A stretch of 64,000 nt of DNA from Negaprion brevirostris (lineage: Eukaryota). The position numbers and the translations under genes are program-made. The first letter of the stretch is position 1. Every line of letters starts with the position of its first letter. The notes below the pieces were generated by a model. That model was not told where the DNA came from and made no database searches. It worked only from the letters and a program-made list of their open reading frames with translations. Location of the stretch: contig JARDVH010000132.1 of the NCBI GenBank assembly GCA_030324005.1, positions 88,743,595 to 88,807,594 of the forward strand, given 5' to 3'. Positions 51,438 through 64,000 of this stretch are shown piece after piece.

Positions 51438-51855
51438 TCACACTTTATTGTTTGACAAAGGATGGAAGAAGAAAAGGTGTGCTTGGCATAGTGGCACGTG
51501 AACTGGAAGTATCCTTAGCCTGATGGAGCATCAGTGAAGCGGTACGCCACATTCTGCCCAGCTGTGAAATGGCTGATTTAAGATCCATCTGGGGTTCAGT
51601 CCCCATGGTTCAATGATATTAGGCAGATTTCTCAGTCCTTTGAGGATTTACCTGAGAAGAGCCTTGGGATCCGCTCCCTAGATTTGCTGTCTCCTGGGAT
51701 TCAGGTTCCTCTGATGTTTCCCTCCTGGTGTGAGAAGCTAGCAGAATTATTAAAATTAGGTGACCTCTGCTGACTTTGGTGGCATCGTTGGGAATTATCC
51801 CTTTAGCAGATAACATTCAGAGTAGACATGGTTCTTAGATTTCTGAAGAGGACCC

Positions 51856-52123
51856 TGTAATATAGGGGTCTGACACATGCAGGGTTAATGTAGGACAGAA
51901 TGCAGGCTCCCAACTCAGTGATATAAGAAGGCATTTGATCCAGATGCTGGGATCAGTGTGGGGTTGCACAGAAACTGCTAAACATCTCAACATGGAGATA
52001 GCTCCTAGCTTGTACCCTTTACTGTACATGTGTATATAGTTCTAGTCTTTAATAAAGATTTACCATTAACACACTGAAGACCACAAAGGCTTTTTTAAGA
52101 CATGCCATTCTGTAACTAACACA
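51856..52123 (+). mobile_element. Probable short solo LTR
   Basis: TG...CA ends, TATA-like gatataag, AATAAA at 52051. TSD is imperfect. Confidence 0.45.
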
Positions 52124-52139
52124 CTCCCAACAGAATCTT

Positions 52140-52620
52140 CAGTGTTGCAACAAAAATTTCAGAGTTATGGCTGATCGAATTCTGGAGTGTGCAAGTTGTG
52201 TGTGGGATCCTTATTAACGTAAGATATCAATAAAAGTGAAGCAATCCAAAGACATGCTGCATGATTCTGCACACATCAATATGGGGAATACAGCAATGTC
52301 ACATTCTCAATCAAGGATTTGGAATGGGAATCAGTTCAGCAAAAGATGAAACATAAACTGAGCATGTTCTGTAAGATATGGAATGAACTGGTGAGAATTG
52401 ACAGAAACAAATTTCTAGCGCCCTCCAGCAATGACGAACATGTGGTAGCTGTCCACACAAACTATAAAAAGTGTTTGTTTCCAAGACAGTGCTTCAAAAA
52501 CCTTTCTTCCTGAGGACAATCACACAATAGAACACAATGCCAATGGAAATAGCCACAGCTCTATCTCTCAAGATCTTCAAGAGCCATCGTTAGATTATTT
52601 CTATTTATAGGTTTTTATGA
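52140..52620 (+). mobile_element. Ancient CR1/L2-group LINE C-terminal relic, distinct from HER1
   Basis: Translates RILECASCVWDPY...EAIQRHAA...DLEWESVQQ...LSMFCKI. Confidence 0.6.
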
Positions 52621-52929
52621 TCAGGACTACTGTATTGGCAGGTCATGTCTGGTTAAACAAATAAATGATGGCAGAATGACGCAACAGAAGTGGAATCATC
52701 TGTGGGTGGAGCCAGGCCTCTATGACAGGAATGACCCATGGATTTTCAGTTGTAGGATTTGTTTTGTGGCACAGGACAAAGTATGAAGCCTTTGGGCACT
52801 ATTATTTTCTTTTCACTCAGTGGAAATGTTGTCAGTTAGCAATACTGGAGGCTGGGCTGGCTGGATCACATCGAGCTCTACTAGGCCTTGTTTGCCTTTG
52901 CTGACACTATTTACTACTGTAGGACCATC

Positions 52930-53335
52930 CTGCAGGATTTATTTTCTCCCATGTCCAGAATGTTGCCTTGCATTGGAATGAAGATGAGCAACGTGCTGCT
53001 GTGATCCTCAGCTATGCACTTGTCATCTCCAAATCTGACTGTTTTGTTGCTCACCTGGTCACAATGCTACAAATCTCTCGACTGAATTCTCCATTGCTAT
53101 AGATCTGGACCCTTGTTCTCCCATACCTCCCTCACCCACCAGTAACGCTCCTGCTTTCAACTTCTGAGGCCTACCATTTTGAACTCCCTTCCTAAATTTA
53201 AGACCCACAATAGCAAAAATCTTCTCTTAGCTGTCCCTTCTAACATTTTTTCTGTTGGCTTGAAGCTGTTCTTCTGCTTATACCTCTTGTAAAGCAGCAG
53301 TATGTAAAGAGCACAATATAAATGTAAAAGTTGTT
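52930..53335 (+). mobile_element. L2 LINE 3' relic
   Basis: ALVISKSDC (HALVISRLDYC-like) and L2-type end tgtaaagagcacaatataaatgtaaaagttgtt. Confidence 0.5.
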
Positions 53336-53440
53336 AACGTGTCTGGACTGTCTATACAATATCTCAGGTAAAACTGGTAACATCCCAGAATTGAGGGGAA
53401 TTGGAGCAAAATTGAGCTTTTTCACATTTATCTTTTTCAG

Positions 53441-53499
53441 ATATGGAAAGATAGTATCGACAAAGGCCATCCTAGACAAAAACACCAACCAGTGCAAAG
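53441..53499 (+). CDS. RBMS3: Internal coding exon (59 nt, phase 2 to phase 1) of RNA-binding motif single-stranded-interacting protein 3, part of RRM1 (equivalent to human exon 3)
   Basis: Strong acceptor (ttttcacatttatctttttcAG) and donor (AAG|GTattt). Translates as (P)YGKIVSTKAILDKNTNQCK(G). The NTNQCK residues match RBMS3 rather than RBMS1/2 (TTNKCK), from recall. Flanking exons were not found in the window. Confidence 0.92.
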
Positions 53500-55062
53500 G
53501 TATTTATCAAGTGTCACATTATATCAAGTTTACATGTATATCTGTGTGCCTTCCGAAAGTGAGATCCACTTTTTTGTAAAGGGGTTTTTGAAAGTTTGCT
53601 CCCTTCAAACTCTTTTTGAGCTTCCCGTTCCAAGATCTTTCTGCAGCTCACAGGAATAATGGTTGGTGACAGAATTATTGGGAGACTTGACAGCCAGTGA
53701 CTCTCTTTCCTCCCTCTGTGTAGCCGAAAGCTTTTTACATCGATCTGAATGACTGCCAAACTGAGATTGGAAGTTCAGCATGTATGTGGGGTGGGCGAGG
53801 GAAGGAGAAAATCATACAGGCCCCTTCACTCCATGGTGCGCTCACCATCTTTGGTTGTGGTGCGGGCTTTTCAGATGTGTATTTGGATGCTACATAACGA
53901 TGATTGTTGAGCTGTTGGTAAGTCACATTTTGCACAGGTAGGTTGAATATTGTGTGGAAAACGTAACATGTTCACTAGAATCAGCTGGCTTTGCCTGCAG
54001 GAAAATAGATGTTAAAATCAGCCAAACTTGCCTTCAGACAGCAGCAGTCTTGATCCAGTTATTCTGAGGCTGGAAGTGAGAAGCCAACCTCACTGGTGAA
54101 TCATACCAATCCATCACCAAACTTCACTCATTTGAATACTACAGAAGCTGTGATAAGCTGGCAAGCTAAAGTTACATTCAGTCAAAGTAGTGGAACAAAA
54201 CTAGTCAAATCTAAAGTTTCATTAAAGCATATTCAAATCTTGGCTTTACCAAAAGCAAACAATTTTTTGTATGATGCTTGCCATTTATCTAAGAATGTAT
54301 TAAGTTTAACAGTAGTATTGAAAGAAGGAAGAAACGTCTGACCCAGTAACAGTATATAAACCATATAAAATTTGTACATTAAGCATGGTTCATTTCTCCT
54401 GTGCCAGAAACCTTAATGGACTTCAGTGCTGCCCTGGTGAAGGCAAGACTTTTGTTGCTTAAAGGGGAATAACATTCAAAAATGTATTTGCTTTATTGGC
54501 TGGTGCAATGTCATTTTTTGTCTGATCTTATCCATGCTTCTTACGTTCTTGAGTTGGACGATTCCTAATTGCTCCTAGTTCTTTGTTAATTTAAATTAAC
54601 AAGGCCACCTTTTATCCATACACTGCAAAATTATGATGTATTCAGAGGCTAGCTAATGCCAACAGGGGAATTGGGCAACATCAGATTTCCACATTCCCCC
54701 ACACATTCATTTATAGCAGTTAATTCTGGCTTTGAATGATGACATAAAATGGCGGCTACAGATTTTAGTGCTTGTTATATTTCTCCTCAGACTTTGATGG
54801 CAATGCAGGCCTGGACTTTAACTTTCCTGAGCTTCCAGGAGTTGGGGAGGTCGGTAAGATGTGGGAAACCCAGAGATTGGGAATCCTTCTGCACACTGTG
54901 GAGTTTTAATACCATAGCACATGTGTCATATCACTGATTGGTTTCTCAACAGGAAGCCAAGCTGATTAATAGGCTTAGCTTCCAGTCTGACTAGTAATCA
55001 GTAGGTGGAAACTGTAGCCAGGTCCTGGAGTAGGGGTTATGTAGTGGGGGCGTGATGTTTTT

Positions 55063-55374
55063 AAAGTTTAAAGTTTATGTATTAGTGTCACAAGTATGCT
55101 TACATTAACACTGCAGTGAAGTTACTGTGGAAAATCCCCTAGTCACCACATTTCGACATCTGTTCAGGTACAGTGAGGGAGAATTTAGCATGGCCAATGC
55201 ACCTAATTGGCACGTCTTTCGGACTATGGGAGGAAACTGGAGCACCCAGAGGAAACCCATACAGACACTGGGAGAATGTGCAGACTTTGCACAGACAGTG
55301 ACCCAGGCCAAGGAATCGAACCCAGGTCCCTGGCACTGTGAGGCAGTAGTATAACCACTGTGCCACCGTACCGC
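55063..55374 (-). mobile_element. HE1-related V-SINE with alternative tail
   Basis: Same structure as 29712-30010. Confidence 0.9.
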
Positions 55375-57174
55375 CTGTGTTTGTGGGCTTATGGGGTGAG
55401 TGCTATTGGTGGGAAGATGAATGATTTCAGACTTCCTGGGTGTTTGGGGGAGGAACAAGGCCTCGACTGCAGGGAGGGTTCTGAGGCCTCAGAATGGGGA
55501 GATGCTTGGGAAGTTGGAGTGGGAGGAAGTTGGTAGACTCATGGGGAAGGTTGGGGAGAAAAGATTTACCTTTGCAGGAATTGCCCAGTCAGGCACCTTG
55601 AACCAAGAGGCTAGGTGTAAGTGCACTCACCTCCTGCATTTGGCAGCCTTCATCTGGAATAACTGCTGGATCTCACAAGTTTCAAAAAACCAGCCTGATT
55701 GAAGTTAAGTTCAAAAGCTAGAATAACAATCAGATTTTCAGACTAATAAGATTTAAAAAGACAGCCTATCAAATTGGATGGATTGCTCACGAGCCCATCT
55801 TCCCATGTCCATTGAAATTGCTTGGTGCTGATTTTTGTGTCTGGATTCTGATTTTGAAAAACTTCAATTCCTCACCTTGTTCTGTGAGATTAAAATTCCT
55901 GTTGAAAATTATGACCAACGTTTAACTGAATCAATAATACTCTTTTTGCAGTCAAAATTATCCCATAGTATCTGTTTCAGTTACTCCACCAATTTGCCAG
56001 CGGTGTCATCAGTATTGAATGTTTCAATCACAAAGCTGTTTTTGTATCTCCGTTTTAAAGGAAAGATTCCATATTTAAGTCGAATTAGTACCTTTGACTT
56101 TAATGTGCAAGCATTTCAGCACGTATTGAATGCATTTTCTTATTGCGAAGTTTCAGATTTTCACTTTATATGGTGAATGTATCATCATGATATAGGCTCA
56201 AAAAACAAATTGTAACATTTGAACTGTCAAGAGTTCCTAAATTATGCGAAAATCAATCTCATTAAAATATGTTCAGATTTAAATGGTCATCAAGAAATAT
56301 GGTCCCATTATTTACATTGTGATTGAGAGAGAGTGAGAGAGAGAGGATTTTTGAACAGGAAGCCTAAGCGTAAGGACATCCCAGCAATGCTATAGGACAT
56401 CTTCTAAATATTTACATCAGCCTTCTCGTCCAAGAGCCAGTCAGCTAGATTGGCTGACTGCCTGCCAGTATGGGGAATACCAGTTAAGTATCGCAGGGGA
56501 GGAAGAATGAATTGACTATTGCAAAGTGATGCATGTTGCTGAGAGTTGGCCGATTGATTGTGTGATGAACTTGTTGGACCTTGGGAAAATACTCCTCCTC
56601 CTCAGCCCTCCGTGAAGGTACTTTATCTCATGGAACTATCTTTTTCACTCCTTTTTACCTGCTGGGTTTCCCAAAGTCCCAGAATCCTGGTCTCCATAAA
56701 ATGACAAGCTAATTAAAAGGGAAATACGTGCCCTCTTCCAAGAGTTAAGTGAAACTCCTGAAAGCAGATTCATCAGCCAACTCGCCTTCGTTATAACCAG
56801 AAGTGGGCTGGAAGAGGTTGGGTTTGAGAATTTTAATGTTTCTTTTATCTTCCCGAACACACCCATTCTTCAGAATTACAATTCCCCCAATAATTCCTAA
56901 AGTCGTTATATACCATTGTTTTGTTTCTCCATCCATATGCAGGTAATAACATAAAATAACAGGCTCATGGAGAATAGTTTACATCATTAGATTACAATCT
57001 CTTGTGCATGCATCCATTTGAGTTGCCATTATGAATTCACAAAGTAATCAATATGAGAGTAGCTTCTGTAATGTAATGCCACACTATGATGATGTGGCTC
57101 CATTAAAGTTATGTTGGCAGGTTTGCTCTTGTGTTATTGTAAATGTGTAANNNNNNNNNNTAATCCTCTACGAC

Positions 57175-58110
57175 AGTGTATGTGGGGAATGAAGACCATC
57201 TGCAGCACTCAGATCAGAAGATGTTGATAATGGGAGGCAGAGTGTCAAAAGCGATTGTGTCTACCATAGGGAAAGACAGGAGAGATGGCAGGGTGGCTGA
57301 TGTAATGAGCTAATGTTAATCTTCTTCATAATAGGGTTGAGGAAGCAGGCACTGGGCTACGACATGCGTCCAGCTCCATGGGGAGGATGTTGTTGCTTGT
57401 GAGCATAATTTGGGGCGCAAAATCCTGAATTGTTTCTTGAATGGATGGAGGGGAAGGTGTCAGGTTGAATTGCATTTCGGGTGGTTTAAGAGTAAACTGC
57501 GATGAAAGTTAGAATTCATTGCTTCGTAGAGAGTGGGCGTGAGTGGTGGTTAGAATTGCTGCTTGTTGCAAGGAGGACAGAAGTACTAATGGCCATGGGA
57601 TCATTTTTTACCAGGTATCATTTGGTTGCTGCAATGGTTAATCGAATGAGGCACCATGTTAGAGGTTCTTCATACTGACCCTTCAGTTTTAATGGAAAGA
57701 ATCTGTGTCAGACATCGGGGGCTTGCATTTATCACTCGTTGAAAGAACCTTTAGCAGGTTGGAGAGCGGATTATTTCATTCGACTCATGGATGGATTGCT
57801 CCTGGGTTGGAGAGTGTGGAAAGGTTTTGGTTGGTGTTATGAGGGAAAATTTTATCGAAGGAAAATTCCATTTGTTTTGTCGAGCAGCTGCTGAAGGCCC
57901 TTTGCATTGCTTCTAAATGGCAATGGCTAACATCTGCTTTCCAAGACATTGTGGGTTTTTATTGCTTGGTTAGATGGACTTTGAGCTTTTGGAGAACTTC
58001 TGAGGTACTTTGGAGAATTTTTATTGTAAATGAGAAAAGAAATGGCATTTGGGTGTTAGGGTTTGGGGTGGCGGTGGGGTGGACAGCAAACTGCCACATA
58101 ATTGGGGGAA
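57175..58110 (-). mobile_element. Highly decayed non-LTR retrotransposon RT region
   Basis: Minus-strand AFDTL motif near 57240-57255 and LINE-like strand bias. Family unresolved. Confidence 0.35.
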
Positions 58111-59242
58111 TTCCACTTTTTATAAAATGTGACCCATGTAAGCTCAACACCATCTAGAACTACAGTTCCATTCGAGTGTCACAGTTACTCACCATTTTCA
58201 GCACATTAATAGACGTATGTTAACGTACAACTTGAGGATGTGTCAAAGGGCTGTGATGCATCTCAGGGCTGAGGTGACAATGATTAAATTTAAATGTTTT
58301 GTCAGTTGCATCTCAACCCTTGAACAGGCTGATGCCTGGAACCAGTCTCCAGACATGTTTCTTACATAATATATGTGGAATGTTTTGACTTGTCTTCATG
58401 CAAGCTGAGTTGACTCTTATCATTTTCCAAAAATTATTTCTTGTGAGCTTCTGCCATAGTTAAGGCAGACGTGACTCTGAGAGTTCATACACAGCAAACA
58501 CAGGAGATTATCACAATATCTGCATAATGTAATGCTAGGGCAGGTGTATTGTTATGGTAAAATCCGTTGGGAAAATATGATGGCTAGCAAGTGGCTTGCC
58601 CTTGAAGAAATGGCATGCGTACGATCACTTACCTTGTTACCACATTTTACAGTACTTTTGAAAGAATCTTGAAGAAAATGGAGATGTAGTTGATGAATTT
58701 ATGTCTACCCACACATCACAGCTGCTTTCCTTCACTAACGTATATTTGCTAATCAGTTGGAAAACCATCAGGCTACAGAGACCTAAAGTATTGCACTTCT
58801 AAAGGACTTGGTGACTATCCAAGAAAGGCTGAAATGCTGCCATGCGGATGGCTTTAGATTTGATATTGAACTCAGCATGACATTCTGATGTTGTCCTACA
58901 GAAACAATGCTCTTTTAAAACATAGATATTGTTTGGAAATGACTGAAAATGGCAGTTTCATCCTCAAATATGATGTATATTGTGGCAGTTTTACAGTATA
59001 ATACTTTAGAGAAAAATCCTTTGACTTCTAGCATTAAGACCAAAACAGTCATAACTTAAAGTTTACAGATGACATCAAAACATTAACCATCATTCTTAGT
59101 GTTCCTTATAGAAAGAAACATTTACATTTCTAAGTTGCCTGTCATAACCTCAGGCACATCAAAGGATCTAACAGTTAATTAAGTACTTTTGAACTGCAAT
59201 CAGTGTTGTAACGTGAGAGAAGTGACAGTCAATTTACACATT

Positions 59243-59558
59243 TAAGTTTAAAGTTTATTTATTAGGCTTACAAGTAGGCTTACATCAACACTACAATGAA
59301 GTTACTGTGAAAATCCCCTAGTCGCCACACTCCGGCACTTGTATGGACACACTGAGGGAGAATTTACCATGGCCAATGCACTTAACTAGCATGTCTTTTG
59401 GACTGTGGAAGGAAACCAGAGCACCCGAGGGAAATCCACGCAGAAATGGGTGGGGGATCATGCAAACTCCACACAGACAGTGACTCAAAGCTGAAATTGA
59501 ACCCAGGTGCCTAGCACTGTGAGGTGGCAGTACTAACCACTGTGCCACCGTGCCGCCC
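59243..59558 (-). mobile_element. HE1-related V-SINE with alternative tail, inserted in a Deu-SINE tail (59110-59240)
   Basis: Head ccactgtgccaccgtgccgccc and tail aagtttatttattagg...acaagtaggcttac. tttacaca flanks both sides. Confidence 0.9.
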
Positions 59559-59570
59559 TTTACACAATTT

Positions 59571-59898
59571 AGGGGAAGCAGTGGCATAGTGGTGTTGTCG
59601 CAGGTCTTGTAATCCAGAGACCCAGGGTAATGCTCTGGGGTCCAATTGAATTTGAATTCAATAAAAATCTGGAATTCAAAGTCTAATGATAACCACTAGT
59701 TGAATTGTCGATAGTTGTAACAACCCATCTGGTTCACTAATGTCCTTTAGGGAAGGAAATCTGCCTTCCTTATCCAGTCTGGCCTACACATGACTCCAGA
59801 CCCACAGCAGTATGATTGACTCTTAACTGCTCTCAGGAATGGGCAATAAATGCTGGCTCAGCCAGTGACACCCACATCTCATGAATGAATAAAAAAAA
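59571..59898 (+). mobile_element. tRNA-derived SINE, second family, near full length
   Basis: gcagtggcatagtgg...taatccagagaccc...gggcaataaatgctggc...cccacatc plus A-tail. Confidence 0.85.
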
Positions 59899-59938
59899 TA
59901 AATCCCAACAAATAGCAATGTGACTTATTAAATTTGAG

Positions 59939-60092
59939 GTCCAACAGGTTTATTTGAAATCACATGCTTTCGGAGCACTGAGGACTTCACCTGACACAAA
60001 GCCTGTGATTTCAAATAAACCTATTGGGCTATAACCTGGTGTCATGTGACCTCTCATCTTGCCCTCCCCAGTCCAACACCGGCACCTCCACA
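59939..60092. mobile_element. Fold-back Penelope-like element end with 14-bp TSD
   Basis: Arms ccaacaggtttatttgaaatcaca / tgtgatttcaaataaacctattgg. TSD ttatta(a/g)atttgag at 59925-59938 and 60093-60106. Confidence 0.85.
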
Positions 60093-61650
60093 TTATTAGA
60101 TTTGAGCAGAGGTTGGAGAATGTAAAATGTATCATAGCTACATGGTCTTGATGTGACAGAAAATGCTTTTTAAAATAAGGGCACATACCTACTCCCAAAT
60201 GTTTACAGTTGTTTGAATTAGACAACATTTAGAGATCTTAAAATGTCGTGATTCAAGAAGAATAATGGTACCAGTTAATGAGAGAAAGAAGAAGCCGAAT
60301 ANNNNNNNNNNNNNNNNNNNNNNNNNNNNNNNNNNNNNNNNNNNNNNNNNNNNNNNNNNNNNNNNNNNNNNNNNNNNNNNNNNNNNNNNNNNNNNNNNNN
60401 NNNNNNNNNNNNNNNNNNNNNNNNNNNNNNNNNNNNNNNNNNNNNNNNNNNNNNNNNNNNNNNNNNNNNNNNNNNNNNNNNNNNNNNNNNNNNNNNNNNA
60501 TCAACTTTATATTGCAAATTAACAGCTCTTGTATGTTGCATTGCATTTTGTGAATCCTAAATAAGTGTACAAGGGAAATAAAAAAGTATGTATTTTCTAT
60601 ACTTTATTCTTTAATTGGAGTCGCAGAATATTGCTGGAACAGCTAAAGGATTTTTATGCCAATTAGAAATGTTTTTCTTGTTCCTGGTGATCATCAGAGC
60701 TGAATACTAAAGCAAAGAGAATTAATGACAAGAATTGTGTGGCCTTGAAAACATTTGGTGAAGGTCTCTGGCAGCCTCCATCTCAGAGGCCCTCAGCACC
60801 ACTCTTAGCCAACTCCACTGCAGGCACTCAGCAGCAGCTTCCTCCTAATGAGCACAGCTATCCTTTAAGAGTGCCAGGCTGCCTTTAAGAACTGGAGGCT
60901 AACTGCAACACGTGCTAATCTCACATGCTGCAAGGCCTTTGTAACATTCAGCTAGGCGGCAGCAGCACATCTTATGCCCATCTGAAGGTGACAATCATAG
61001 AAATAAGGAGGCAGCAGGAATCCTGGTTCAATGGGATTTGGTGGGAGCACGTTGTGACAGTGGAAATGGAATTTTTAGCCTCCAGAAGAACTTTCAGAAC
61101 TTTGCCCAATGTTCAGAAAGAACAGAAGTTTTCCCAGATTTATTTATTTCTATAACTCATATTTTCTTCCCATACGGTCGTTTAATTCTCCTTCCACTTG
61201 TGCGTGTACCTCCTCATATCTGACAGCCAACTGCTCTGGCTGCGTAGTTCCCATCTGCTCACTGCACTATTCTAGAGTGGGCAGATTCTTTGGCCCAAAC
61301 TGTTTGTTTCCGAATATAAAGGAGATATAGACAGTAGAGTGATTAGGGGTGGGCCAAGAAGAAGAAAAGTATTTTGTTTCCTCTTGGTGGCTCATCAGCT
61401 GATGATTGGAAACATTTGATGAAGGTCTCAAGATTGGAAATATAACCTTCAGGAACATATGGTTGCAAACCAGTGCTCTTTCCACTTCACGTCAACAAAA
61501 TGCTGGAGTAAGCCATTTGGCCCTGTCAGCCTGCACCTCCATTCAATAAGATCATAGCTGATCTTCAACTTCAACTCCACCTTCCCACCCAGTCCCCATT
61601 CTTTTAATGGCCAAAAATCTAGTCACCTCTTTAAAAAATATACTCATTTA

Positions 61651-62565
61651 CAGGATGTGGGAATCAGGTCAACATGCGTTGCTTACACCAAATTTCCCTT
61701 GATAAGATGGTGGTAAGGTTTTTGGGCTGTGATGATTGGTATCCAACAACCATCTTTCTTTGTAGCCAGATATGACTGCTACCAGTGAAGAGTTTATCCC
61801 TGATTCCCATTAACTTCAATTTTACCTGGGCATCTTGATGCCATGTTTGGCAATGAATTTGGCCTTTTTTGTCCATGCTTAGACCAAGATTGTAGTGATG
61901 TCGGAAGCGGAATGGAATCTAAAGCCAGCATTGGCAGGCAGGATATTGTTAAGTAAGTAGTAACACTGTCACCTTCCATCACTTTGTTGATGATTGAGAG
62001 TAAACTGATGAGGCAGTGATTGGCTGCGTTGGGTTAGTCCTGCTTTTTGTGGACAGGAAATACCTGGTCGTTTTTCTACAGTGTCAGGTAGATACCAGTG
62101 TTGTAGCTGTACAAGAACAACTTCGCTTAGGGTGCACATGTGCTCAACATTACAACTGTGATGTTATCAGTCCATTGCCTTTGCTGTTTTCAGCGCACAC
62201 AGCTGCTTCTTGATATTATGAAGAATAGATTGACTGAGCTGAAGACTGGAATCTGCTTTGCTAGGGACATCAGGAGGAGACCAAGATTGACCATCCACTT
62301 TTTTGCCATCAGATGGTTGGAAATCCTTCAGCCTTGTCTTTGATGCAGACATGCTGGGTTCCACCACCATTTTGTTGTTTATTTGTCCACTGCCATTCAC
62401 TACTGATGTAGCAGGACTGCAGAGCTTCAATTGATCTGTTGGTTGTTGGATCACTTAGCTGTCTATAGCATTTTGTTTCCATTGTGTAGCATACCTTTGT
62501 GATGGCTTCACCAGGTTGCCATTTTTAGCTATGCCTAGCGTGTTCCTGATTGACTATCCTGCATT
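61651..62565 (-). mobile_element. CR1-group LINE (partner of the second SINE family), decayed, nested in a CR1 3' end (61495-61650, 63295-63405)
   Basis: Minus strand encodes NIKKQLCALKTAKAM and WHQ...KLKLMGIR. Its 3' end cccacatcc matches the SINE tail. Confidence 0.72.
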
Positions 62566-63754
62566 ACTGAAGTAGACGGTGGGGAGGAAGTCTGGAAAGG
62601 AATGGGCCCAGATTTGGGGTGGGAAGTAGGGTGCCTCCATTAGAAACCTCTCTGACTGTGGGAATGCCCCCCCCCCCTTTAAGTTAAAGTGGCTGCTGGA
62701 CCTCCCTTACTTCACACTCTATCCCTGACATCCCAATAGTTCTCAAGGTCTTCTCTACCCACACCACCCAGGTCTTCCCTACCCTCATCACCCTGGGACC
62801 TTTAGACTTACCTTGACCTCCTGTGTGGGTGCTTAGAACAAAGAACAAAATCAGCCCAGGAAACAGGCCCTTCGGCCCAACGAGCCTGCGCCGCCATCTC
62901 AACACCACCAGTCCACCTCTCTACCCATGGCCCCTGTCTAATGATTTATGGCCATCCAAATTAGGCCTTGGGCTTGTTGGTGCCCTTCCTCTTTTGCCCA
63001 CTGCTGCTCTTATCACTGCAAGGATTGGAGAGCTACTGTCCAATCAGAGTGGCCAGCAGCTATTTAAAGCAGGGCTTTCTCCCAAGTGAGGGGTGGAAGT
63101 CCCGCTTGCAGCCATTTAACACCCATTCCAGCCTGATATGGCTTCAGGCACTGAGAGTTGGCCTCGGATGATGGGAAGGATGACCCCAGCATCCAAAAGA
63201 ATCAGGCATATGCCTTGGATGCCTTATTCCAGGATCCTGGATCTGGTACATTATTACTAAGCAAACATGTCCAAATATATTTCACGACTAAACATCTACA
63301 GATCTCTGGGGGATAGAATGCCAAAGATTCTTAACCCTTTGTGTGAAGAAATTTACCCTCATCTTGATACTAAATGGTCCATTTCTTATTCTGAGAGCTC
63401 GAGCTTACCAAAAGAAAAGTGCCTTCTTTGGATGGAATTTTCCCATGTCCCCACTGGTGGCAAACAGAATCTTATCCCCAAGTTCAATATCCATAGTGCC
63501 AGTGAGAAAGCATGCCAGTCCAGAACCACACCTGGATCAACATGGCTTGTTAAAGTAAGAACTTGCCTGGAGAAGACCAAGGGCTGCTTAGAGAGTTTGT
63601 GATGAAAGTCACCAGCGACCCTGAAGCACCACAACAATTGGTGGAGGGAGTATCTATCAGGTGGATTTTCCAGCTTCTATTTCTTCATGGAAGACCATCT
63701 CGCAGCCTCCAGTGTGATCTATCTCTTTTCTTCAAGAGCTCCATCTTTTCTCCT

Positions 63755-64000
63755 GTTTTTATTCATTCATGGGATGTTAGCCTCTTGGCTGGATGTTTGT
63801 TGGGCATGGGCCTTTGAACTGAGTACATTTCAGAGTGCAATTTTTAAGAGTCACATTGCTGGGGGTCAGACTAAGGACAGCGGATTCCCTTCCCTAAAGC
63901 ACATCAATGAACTAGATGGGTTTTTGCAATAGTTGGCAATGATTTCATGATGATCTTAGATTTTTAATTCCAAATTTATATTGAATTCAAATTTTACCAT
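63755..64000 (-). mobile_element. tRNA-derived SINE, second family, running off the window end
   Basis: Reverse of the 59571 family (tattcattcatgggatg...ttccctaaag...atgaactagatggg...attgaattcaaatt). Confidence 0.75.

Noticed and set aside
1-64000. CRISPR arrays, rRNA, true tRNA genes, operon-like systems
   Set aside because: None seen. The tRNA-like A/B boxes all belong to SINE heads, and the DNA is vertebrate intron.

Overview
This is eukaryotic, AT-rich draft-assembly DNA with many N gaps. The repeat content (HE1 V-SINEs, HER1/CR1 LINEs, SacSINE1-like Deu-SINEs, Penelope-like ends) indicates a shark, probably a carcharhiniform (inference). Only one protein-coding exon is confidently identifiable: a 59-nt exon at 53441-53499 (+) encoding YGKIVSTKAILDKNTNQCK, from RRM1 of RBMS3. 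The window is therefore essentially two large RBMS3 introns filled with nested retroelements, MITEs, a decayed Gypsy element and repeat-free blocks that look like conserved non-coding elements. Almost all ORFs in the supplied track are spurious, span N gaps or are TE-derived. The best leads are a candidate stop-containing (poison) cassette exon at 32101-32235, minimal hammerhead ribozyme motifs (41241-41272 sense, 42252-42287 antisense), five fold-back Penelope-like insertions each with its own target-site duplication, and a possible fossil Academ-type transposase. I found no convincing evidence of a wholly new multi-gene system. Repeat family names come from pattern recall, not database searches, and most repeat boundaries are approximate.
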